The notes beneath the pieces are model-generated. The model was not told the origin of the DNA. It saw only the letters and a list, made by a program, of their open reading frames with translations, and did not search any database. Positions 56,574 through 64,000 of a stretch of DNA of 64,000 bases are shown one piece after another (position 1 is the first letter of the stretch; every line of letters begins with the position of its first letter). The stretch spans positions 1 to 64,000 of the forward strand of contig JAJYUZ010000003.1 in the NCBI GenBank assembly GCA_021792255.1. The letters run 5' to 3'. Made by a program: the position numbers and the translations under genes. This DNA is from Thermoplasmata archaeon (lineage in GTDB: Archaea > Thermoplasmatota > Thermoplasmata > Thermoplasmatales > GCA-001856825).

Positions 56574-58526
56574 CTAAGAATGCGCTAGGTCGACTGTTTT
56601 CAATTCCTTCCTGAATTTTTCGATGGATTCCTTTATCTCTTCCAAGGACGCTCCAGATTCCAGAGTCGAAATATCACCAGGCACTTGGTTCTGGTAGACC
56701 GCTTTCATGATTCTTCGCATGATCTTCCCGCTCCTAGTCTTTGGGAGTGAACCAACTATGTGAATTTCGTCTGGAATCAGCAGGGGTCCGAAATTATCTC
56801 TGACCTTATTCTTAATCGCTTCGACCGATGAGTCTAAATTGACCCCGCTCTTGAGAACCACGAAAGAAACTATGCTTTCTCCCTTTATCTGGTGAGGCTT
56901 ACCGAACACCCCGGCCTCTGCAATCACACCCGTCGACAAAAGAGCATCTTCGACTTCTATTGTTCCTATTCTGTGTCCTGAGATCTTGAGTACTTCGTCT
57001 GCCCTTCCCAGGAGCCAGTAGAATCCATCCTTGTCCTTGATCGCGTAGTCTCCAGTAAAGTAGTATTTTTTGGCGTTTCCAAAATACATCGTCCGATACT
57101 TCTCGTCTGCGTTGTTCAGTTCCAACATCAAGCCCGGCCAGGGTCTCTTCAAATAGAGCAAGCCCTTCTCACCAGCTTTGGCTTCTTTGCCATCACTGTT
57201 CATTATCACTGGATCAATCCCGGGGAGAGGGAGAGTAGCTGATCCGGGTTTCAGAGGACCATAGCCTATTCCCAGAGCAGGGCTGACCACGAATCCCCCA
57301 GTCTCTGTCTGCCAGTATGTATCAACGATCGGGCACTGACTGCTGCCTATCCGTTCGTAGTACCACTGCCATGCCGCAGGATTGATTGGTTCTCCGACGG
57401 TCCCAAGTACCCTGAGTGAAGACAGATCGTGACTTCTTGGGTACTCGTCTCCGTACTTCATCAGCGCACGTATCGCAGTAGGTGAAGTGTAAAGTATGTC
57501 AACCTCGTAGTAGGATATAATCTTCCACATCTGATCCGGACTGGGGTAGTCAAAGCTACCTTCGTAAAGAATAGAGGTAAGACCGAGGATAAGCGGTGCA
57601 AAAACGATATAGCTGTGTCCTGTGATCCAGCCGATGTCAGCTGCGCACCACCATCTGTCGTTTTCTTTGGGATCGAATGCCCACTTGAGTGTGTTCGTGA
57701 CCCAAACTCCGTATCCTCCTGTACCATGCACCACTCCTTTGGGTTTGCCAGTAGTTCCAGAGGTGTATAAAATGAATAGGGGATCGTTTGAATCCATGCG
57801 TTCCGGTTCGACGTAGTTCTTTACCTCCAAAAGGTCGTGGTACCAGTAATCCCTCCCTTCGACCATGTTCGTCTCGTGATTGGTATGCTTCACAACTATT
57901 ACGGTTTCCACCGTTGTCGTCAACTCTATTGCCCTGTCCACGGTCTCTTTTAGAGGAATGAATTTACCTCTTCGGTATCCTCCGTCTGCGGTGATTATCA
58001 TTTTTGCCCCACAGTCGTTTACCCTCTCCGCTATAGCCTCAGCACCAAATCCTGAGAATATTACGGTGAATACTGCACCGATCCTTGCAGCTGCAAGCAT
58101 CGCAACTGGTTCTTCTATTATCATTGGCAAATAGATTGCAATCCTGTCCCCTTTCCGTATTCCCATATCCAGGAGTGCTCTTGAGAATGAATTGACCCTG
58201 TTGTAGAGGCCGTTGTACGTGACTATCTTCTCGTCCCCCTTCTCATTGACCCAGATGAAGGCGGCTTTGTTCCTCCTTGATCCACTCGAATGCCTGTCTA
58301 AGGCATTGTAGCTCAGATTTAGCTTGCCATTAACATACCAGCGATAGTACGGCTCTTTGGACTTATCGAGTACCTTGTCCCACTTTGAGTACCAGTCCAG
58401 CAAAAATCCCGCTTCTTCAAAGAACTTATCGGGAGTTTCTAAAGATTCTTTGTACGTCTTTGCATATCTTCCCACGCCGGGATTCATAAAAGAGTCGAAC
58501 GGAAGTGGATTTGATTCCTTCTTCAT
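56574..58526 (-). CDS. acs: Acetyl-CoA synthetase (AMP-forming)
   Basis: YTSGTTGKPKG, ADIGWITGHSY, WQTETGG, PKTRSGKIMRR. Confidence 0.95.
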   Translation of the reverse strand: MKKESNPLPFDSFMNPGVGRYAKTYKESLETPDKFFEEAGFLLDWYSKWDKVLDKSKEPYYRWYVNGKLNLSYNALDRHSSGSRRNKAAFIWVNEKGDEKIVTYNGLYNRVNSFSRALLDMGIRKGDRIAIYLPMIIEEPVAMLAAARIGAVFTVIFSGFGAEAIAERVNDCGAKMIITADGGYRRGKFIPLKETVDRAIELTTTVETVIVVKHTNHETNMVEGRDYWYHDLLEVKNYVEPERMDSNDPLFILYTSGTTGKPKGVVHGTGGYGVWVTNTLKWAFDPKENDRWWCAADIGWITGHSYIVFAPLILGLTSILYEGSFDYPSPDQMWKIISYYEVDILYTSPTAIRALMKYGDEYPRSHDLSSLRVLGTVGEPINPAAWQWYYERIGSSQCPIVDTYWQTETGGFVVSPALGIGYGPLKPGSATLPLPGIDPVIMNSDGKEAKAGEKGLLYLKRPWPGLMLELNNADEKYRTMYFGNAKKYYFTGDYAIKDKDGFYWLLGRADEVLKISGHRIGTIEVEDALLSTGVIAEAGVFGKPHQIKGESIVSFVVLKSGVNLDSSVEAIKNKVRDNFGPLLIPDEIHIVGSLPKTRSGKIMRRIMKAVYQNQVPGDISTLESGASLEEIKESIEKFRKELKTVDLAHS

Positions 58527-58556
58527 GAGACCTATTTTAAAATCACGTATTTAAAA

Positions 58557-59081
58557 TTATTTCGTTCTATGCTTAGATAATTCAAGAAACTTCGATATGA
58601 CTCTGGCGGTCAACCCCCATATTATGCCCTGCTTGAACTTGTACGAAATGCCCATAAATTCCTCAGATCTTTCTAGCTCAGACAGTTCCAGCCACGTGAG
58701 ATATTCGGATTCGGAGGAGGGTACGAATGAGACGAGTTTTGGGATTTCAAAAACGTATGCGTAGACCTGCATGTTCTGCCTATTTCCTGGTACAAATGGT
58801 CCGAAGTGCCCCAGATATTTTGCATTTCTCTTTAGATCGATACCGGTCTCTTCGAAAGTTTCCCTAATAGCAGTCGATTTTAGGATTTCGTCCCCCTCAG
58901 TGTAGTGACCACCTGGAAGAGAGAACTGACCCGACCAAGGATCGTCTTTGCTTGTGGTTCTCTTTTCAACTACCAACTTGTCATCGCAGAAGACTATCGC
59001 GACTGCTGCGTATTCCTTGTCAGAACTCATATGAACTATTTCGCTCGTGTTCTCCCACCCTACTGCTTCTGGAAGATGCAT
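58557..59081 (-). CDS. Nudix hydrolase, CoA-pyrophosphatase-like
   Basis: PWSGQFSLPGG..TAIRETFEETG, IWGLT. Confidence 0.9.
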   Translation of the reverse strand: MHLPEAVGWENTSEIVHMSSDKEYAAVAIVFCDDKLVVEKRTTSKDDPWSGQFSLPGGHYTEGDEILKSTAIRETFEETGIDLKRNAKYLGHFGPFVPGNRQNMQVYAYVFEIPKLVSFVPSSESEYLTWLELSELERSEEFMGISYKFKQGIIWGLTARVISKFLELSKHRTK

Positions 59082-59348
59082 TCGATGCTTATACGAATAG
59101 TACTACAAAATGATAGTGGCATTACTTCATACCTGGAAAACCGGCTAATATTCTTCAGGAATTCTTCTTGTTTGTTGGAGACATCCTGTAATATTTTTAT
59201 CGCAATTAATAATTATTCTCCGTATAACGTTCTGAATTTCTAATTTCATTGAATAAAGGATCGGAGATGTGTGACTTCCAAAAGAGAGAAGTATTAAAAG
59301 CGATAGTAACAAGGAGAAGTGGTGTGTACATCTTAATCTAATAGACGA

Positions 59349-59422
59349 GGCCGGGACCGGGATTTGAACCCGGGTCCGGGGATCCACAGTCCCCAAGGAT
59401 GCACCGCTACCCCATCCCGGCC
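59349..59422 (-). tRNA. tRNA-His (GTG) with genomically encoded G-1 and C73
   Basis: Reverse complement G-GCCGGGA..GGGGA-CTGTGGA-TCCCC..CCGGG-TTCAAAT-CCCGG-TCCCGGC-C. Confidence 0.96.
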
Positions 59423-59479
59423 ATGTTCCCTCAAATACTTCTCGGCTAAAATATTTACCAAGGGCAGGGATAGAGGCAC

Positions 59480-60148
59480 GTGACCTCAGATAAAGCAATC
59501 TTCCTTGACTTCTCTAACACGATTACGACTGTGTCTTCAGAGAATAATTCTATCAAGAAATGGCTCGATTTAATAAAAGAGAAGTATCAGATAAATGGAG
59601 ATATGCATGCAACTTTTGCAAAGAAGAGACTTGCAAAACTCGTAGACAGGGAAAAGAAGTTCAGGACATTCATGCAGATTAATCATGATGTTCTCTTAGA
59701 ACTTTATGGAATATCGGAGATTTACGAAGAGGAATACTACAGGTTTCACGAAGAAAATCTAAGACTCAGACCGGATTTCGTTGATTTCATAACTGGGGTC
59801 CAGAGGAGTTTTCAAATAATAATGGTCACAGATGCCGACAATATTTACACCGACAGGACACTCTCAGCACTTGGGATCACAAGATACTTCGACTCTATCA
59901 TTACCGCGGAGAAAGTTGGAGCTCCGAAGCCAGACTCAAGGATTTTCAAGTCTGCATTGATGGCAGCACACAACCCTTCTAGAGTAGTTTTCATCGGAGA
60001 TTCTGAGAGAAGGGATATCGAAGGAGCAAAGAATATGAAATTCTTCACGTTGAAAATGGATGATGATTCTGGTCCCACTATTGCAGACAGGACTGTTCAT
60101 AACTTCTTGGAAGTCTCCCGTATAATTGAAACAGACAATCTGTTCTAA
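59480..60148 (+). CDS. HAD-superfamily hydrolase
   Basis: FLDFSNTI, KPD, IGDSERRDIEGA. Confidence 0.9.
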   Translation: MTSDKAIFLDFSNTITTVSSENNSIKKWLDLIKEKYQINGDMHATFAKKRLAKLVDREKKFRTFMQINHDVLLELYGISEIYEEEYYRFHEENLRLRPDFVDFITGVQRSFQIIMVTDADNIYTDRTLSALGITRYFDSIITAEKVGAPKPDSRIFKSALMAAHNPSRVVFIGDSERRDIEGAKNMKFFTLKMDDDSGPTIADRTVHNFLEVSRIIETDNLF

Positions 60149-60202
60149 TTCCGCTCACTAGATATTGGCTGCTAAAAATTTTTGACTACCTGTATCGATC
60201 AT

Positions 60203-60940
60203 CTAAAAGGAACGTATCTTCTTCACGATCGTTGCAATTATTTCCTCTATATCACCGGGCGCAACCTCGTTGGTCGCTTCTATGACTGTCTCCTTTTGAT
60301 CCTTGCAGGGAGACTCAGTAATAGAATCCTTAGAGAATAGCTGTACGTACTGAGCAAATGACGTAATTGAGACTTCAACGGTTCTTACAGTGATCGGATT
60401 AGGGGAGTAACCCTTCAACAGGGTGGAAGTTTGCTTATCGTAATCGGTGACCTGTTGCGGGTCATACCTGATGCAAAACGAAGCTGCCTTTTCGAGAGTC
60501 ACGCCGAAAAGGGCACTATTGGAAGGAGGGGATTTGACGCTGAAGCCACCTTCCACCATGCTCCACGATTCTCCAGGATCAAGCGTGAAGAGAAAGGCGA
60601 TTATCCGTTGACCCTGACCGAAATCCACGATCCCCAGAGGCACAATGTTTCTATCAGTTCCCCTGTTCATCGACGGGGCAAGTTTCGTAGCCCAGGTAGT
60701 TACTCCGTTTTCAAGGTATATGGGGAAGTAGGCGTTTCCAAAATAATACCCCGATCTATATAGGGCTGCAGTCTCCGGATAGGCTGAGTTGTTCTTGAAA
60801 TTCCAGACCACATTTCCAAGCAATTTATTGTACCAAGACCAGTTGCCCGTGATGCTGGTGGAAATGCTTTCTACTTCACTACCCAGGCTAAGCTCATTAT
60901 GTCTCGATATTGGAGGGAGCGAACCACTTATTATTGACAT
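60203..60940 (-). CDS. Hypothetical beta-rich protein
   Basis: 245-aa aromatic-rich ORF with a TATA-like box upstream; no motif recognised. Confidence 0.75.
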   Translation of the reverse strand: MSIISGSLPPISRHNELSLGSEVESISTSITGNWSWYNKLLGNVVWNFKNNSAYPETAALYRSGYYFGNAYFPIYLENGVTTWATKLAPSMNRGTDRNIVPLGIVDFGQGQRIIAFLFTLDPGESWSMVEGGFSVKSPPSNSALFGVTLEKAASFCIRYDPQQVTDYDKQTSTLLKGYSPNPITVRTVEVSITSFAQYVQLFSKDSITESPCKDQKETVIEATNEVAPGDIEEIIATIVKKIRSF

Positions 60941-61025
60941 CTATTTGGACAGCTTAACTGTGATAATCTCTTAAGGCTTTTGTGAACGTCGTCATGTTTT
61001 TAGGAAGAAGTGAAAGCTTGGGAGG

Positions 61026-61541
61026 CTATTTGACCTTGTAGTACATATGAACTGAATCGAAGTACACGTTTCCTCTCTTGATCGCGCCAGGCAGCATGCC
61101 GTACTCGACGAATCCCAATCTTCTGTAGAGGTTCATTGCAACGGAATTGACGGAGAACACTTCCAGTTTTAGCATCTCAAATTTTCCTCTTGAGAGCTCA
61201 ATTACCTTCTGTATCATTCTGAACCCTAGCCCTCTACCCCTGTATTCCTTTTTTATTGTGATACCAAGCACAGCAGCGTGAGATATTTCGCTCCCGGGCC
61301 TGAGTCTGTGGGCATCGCAGAGTCCGACAATCTTTCCATCCTCTTCTGCAACTACTGCTAGAGCGTTTCCCTCTTTTACTCTCCTGTAAAGGGCTGAGAA
61401 CCACTCGACTTCTGACTCGTAATCTGGTTTTTTCTGATAGAATATTATTCCAAAGTCAGGAGCTTCTTTGAGTTCATCATAGAACGAGTAATAATTCTCC
61501 ACAAGGTCATCCATATCGGTCCACTGCAACTCTCTAATCAT
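61026..61541 (-). CDS. GNAT-family N-acetyltransferase
   Basis: YRGRGLG, NSVAMNLYRRLGF. Confidence 0.92.
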   Translation of the reverse strand: MIRELQWTDMDDLVENYYSFYDELKEAPDFGIIFYQKKPDYESEVEWFSALYRRVKEGNALAVVAEEDGKIVGLCDAHRLRPGSEISHAAVLGITIKKEYRGRGLGFRMIQKVIELSRGKFEMLKLEVFSVNSVAMNLYRRLGFVEYGMLPGAIKRGNVYFDSVHMYYKVK

Positions 61542-61616
61542 GCTCTGAATGATAGTCGATTCGTATTAAATTTTTTCATGAGCATAGTCTCGCTCCTATC
61601 TTGCGTTCGTATCAGC

Positions 61617-62171
61617 TCAGAGACTGACTAGAAATTCGCTCGTAGTTATAATCGGCATCATTTTTGAAAGATTTTTCAGGCTTCTTTCATGAGCTTCGCG
61701 GTCCCTAGATGATACTGCATCCTGAATTATCACCGGGATAAATCCAAGGTTCTGAGCGTGCCTCGCAGAGGTCTCCACTCCCATCTCAGTCGCAATTCCA
61801 GTGAAATAGAGGGTGTTGATTCCAGAGTTTCTAATCATCAGTTCAAAATTAGTGCCGATGAAGATGCTCGCTGTGTTCTTGTTTAAGACTATGTCCGATT
61901 TTTGAGGATATACTTCCTTCACGATATCTCCGGGCTCAAAACTACTGAATCCAGCAGCTTTTCTTAAAGGAGATTCGTACTTTTCCGGAAGTGGCGTTAT
62001 CTTGGAAAAGAAAATTGGAACGTTTGACTCCCTTGACTTCGCAATGATTTTTACTAAATTAGACAGGAACTCGTCCTTGTTGAAAATCGAGGAAACCAGA
62101 ACTTCTTGTACGTCCCAAACGATCAGTGCACTCTTCTCTCTTTTAATCTGACTATGCAAATTTTGAAACAC
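61617..62171 (-). CDS. Isochorismatase/cysteine-hydrolase family protein
   Basis: ALIVWDVQ, LNKNTASIF, TGIATEMGVETSAR (no nucleophile Cys). Confidence 0.9.
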   Translation of the reverse strand: MFQNLHSQIKREKSALIVWDVQEVLVSSIFNKDEFLSNLVKIIAKSRESNVPIFFSKITPLPEKYESPLRKAAGFSSFEPGDIVKEVYPQKSDIVLNKNTASIFIGTNFELMIRNSGINTLYFTGIATEMGVETSARHAQNLGFIPVIIQDAVSSRDREAHERSLKNLSKMMPIITTSEFLVSL

Positions 62172-62308
62172 TTTTTACGGATTGGAATCTCGACCATATA
62201 ATTTTTGATGCACTGTAAATGAGATCAAATCACGAGTGATTGATGTGCATAATTCATCAGTTCAAGAAATCGACAAAATATCTTTTATATGGACCGAATT
62301 CACAACCA

Positions 62309-63193
62309 ATGAAAACGCATCAGATTGATGTGAAGAAAGGAGGAAGGGTTCGCCCTGACTCTACAAAGATCTCAAGATCGAATCTAGTGGAGAGTATATG
62401 CGACTTCATCCGCTCTAATCCATCCGGAGACTTGTCACTTCACAGTCTCGAGTCAAAATTCAAAGTGAATAGATTCACAATTCAGAAGACCTTCAAAGAA
62501 ATTATGGGAATTTCTCCAAGAAAGTACGCAGAAGAATGCAGGATCTTGTTATTGAAAAGGAATCTCAAAGCCGAACAGCCTATCCCAAAGGCGATATATC
62601 AAGCGGGATACAATTCACACAGTTGGCTGTATGAAAAGTCCACATCCAAACTGGGCATGGCTCCATCGAGTTACAGAAGAGGAGGGGAAGGGGCGACTAT
62701 AAAGTACTTGACTTCAAAGTGCAGACTGGGTTACCTCTTAGTAGCTGAGACGAGACACGGTATTTGCTCGTTGAGCTTGGCAGATAAGAAAGAGGCACTT
62801 GTTTTGGCCCTCAGCGAAGAGTACCCGAATGCGACAATCGAGCGCTCTGAAAGCGTCAGTAAGAGTCTCAAAGCAGTTCTAGATTATTTTGACGGACAGT
62901 TGCTGAATCTCCCAGTCGACATAGTAGGAACAGATTTTCAAAAGAGAGTCTGGTCATCCCTGTTAAAGATTCCGTACGGTGAAACTAGGTCTTATCATCA
63001 GGTCGCTGAGATGATCGGCGAGCCCAGCGCGGTTCGAGCAGTAGCAAATGCGTGCGCGTCTAATCCTGTTCCATTGATAATCCCTTGTCACAGGGTAGTG
63101 CGGAAGGACGGTTCACTGGGTGGTTATGGCCTCGGAATCCAGAGAAAAGAATATCTTATCTATATGGAAAAGTCGAATTCAGAGGTAAGATAG
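62309..63193 (+). CDS. Ada-like AraC-HTH plus O6-methylguanine-DNA methyltransferase fusion
   Basis: FKEIMGISPRKY..AIYQAGY AraC HTH; GTDFQKRVW, IIPCHRVV; likely ATG 62309. Confidence 0.9.
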   Translation: MKTHQIDVKKGGRVRPDSTKISRSNLVESICDFIRSNPSGDLSLHSLESKFKVNRFTIQKTFKEIMGISPRKYAEECRILLLKRNLKAEQPIPKAIYQAGYNSHSWLYEKSTSKLGMAPSSYRRGGEGATIKYLTSKCRLGYLLVAETRHGICSLSLADKKEALVLALSEEYPNATIERSESVSKSLKAVLDYFDGQLLNLPVDIVGTDFQKRVWSSLLKIPYGETRSYHQVAEMIGEPSAVRAVANACASNPVPLIIPCHRVVRKDGSLGGYGLGIQRKEYLIYMEKSNSEVR

Positions 63194-63242
63194 AGTGGGC
63201 GGAGTAAATTCTGATCGAGCTCAAAAACAGGACAGAGAGGGA

Positions 63243-64000
63243 ATGGTAAAAAGATCAAGGGTTGTCAAGATAATTGAAGTCTATGGCGTTCTAGTGACCC
63301 TCAGCTTGATTTGGGGACTGGCATTTGTAGCAATCAAGATACTTGAACCGATGATCAGTCCAGTCAACCTGACACTGCTCAGATGGTTTGTCGCCGGGGC
63401 AGCTTTCTTGATCCTGCTTCCGATCTTTGGAAGATCCAAAGTTCCTGTCGAGAAAGGGGATCTTCCGCGACTGTTGATAGTGTCGTTCGCCAATGTCGTT
63501 GCATATCATTTGACACTCAACTATTCAGAGGGGAGCATTGACGTTGGTCTAGCAACTCTGCTCGTCGCAATGGGACCAATTTTTATTGTTGCTATATCCG
63601 CTTTACTGCTTAGAGAAAGGCATGGCAGAATGATTTATCTTGCCATCTTGCTCGCATTTGCAGGTGCCCTGATTCTCTTCTTTGGAACTGTCAAAACGGC
63701 AGGATCGAGTACAATCCCGGGAATATTGGAGGGCATAGGAACCGCACTTTCATACGCAGTTTTTGCAGTATTTTCCAAGCCATTGGTGCAGAAGTTTGGA
63801 GCAAGGGCATTTACGATCTGGGTCGGTTTGATTGGTACTGCAATGCTCCTTCCCTTATTATCGGGAAGCTTCGTTTCTCAGGTACTTAGGCTTCCTATGT
63901 CGGGATGGATCGCAATATTGTACCTGTCTCTTCTGAGTACCGTTTTGGGTTATATGCTGTTCTATACCATGATAGAAAAAGGAGGAGTCGCTAAGGTATC
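63243..64000 (+). CDS. EamA/DMT-family transporter (3' truncated, not in the ORF track)
   Basis: Hand translation MVKRSRVVKIIEVYGVLVTLSLIWGLAFVAIKILEPMISPVNLTLLRWFVAG...; hydrophobic, runs toward the window edge. Confidence 0.88.
   Translation, partial: MVKRSRVVKIIEVYGVLVTLSLIWGLAFVAIKILEPMISPVNLTLLRWFVAGAAFLILLPIFGRSKVPVEKGDLPRLLIVSFANVVAYHLTLNYSEGSIDVGLATLLVAMGPIFIVAISALLLRERHGRMIYLAILLAFAGALILFFGTVKTAGSSTIPGILEGIGTALSYAVFAVFSKPLVQKFGARAFTIWVGLIGTAMLLPLLSGSFVSQVLRLPMSGWIAILYLSLLSTVLGYMLFYTMIEKGGVAKV

Noticed and set aside
59145-59498. 117-aa minus-strand ORF
   Set aside because: Runs through tRNA-His; the 51192-51467 and 51233-51424 ORFs likewise overlap tRNA-Glu.
1-64000. CRISPR arrays, IS elements, integrases, rRNA, RNase P or SRP RNA
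   Set aside because: No spaced repeats, transposase or recombinase motifs, or RNA hallmark sequences were seen by eye.

Overview
Gene-dense archaeal chromosome segment, probably Thermoplasmata/Thermoplasmatales. That assignment is an inference from the A-type ATP synthase order B-D-H-I, a giant AglB, CarS, Sm-L37e-purF, EndA next to a Rab-like GTPase, and leaderless TATA promoters. Most of the window is housekeeping: the end of the ATP synthase operon, a NitT/TauT-type ABC transporter, a 2040-aa AglB, nth/nob1/endA, leuS, a por-ior-panE operon, purF, mtnP-aCPSF2-xpd, carS, glyS, a KaiC-like pair, acs, tRNA-Glu(TTC) and tRNA-His(GTG). I found no transposase, integrase, CRISPR array or rRNA. 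The best leads that the ORF track does not explain are: a 39-aa single-TM ORF tightly coupled between atpD and atpH; two orphan intergenic segments that look like structured ncRNAs (about 21708-21803 and 56327-56570); TTAGT..ACTAA palindromes shared by a DtxR-family operon and the ABC transporter; a zinc-ribbon gene pair with a degenerate HNH-like module; and a PurF propeptide encoded inside rpl37e. All calls come from reading motifs by eye; no searches or folding programs were run.
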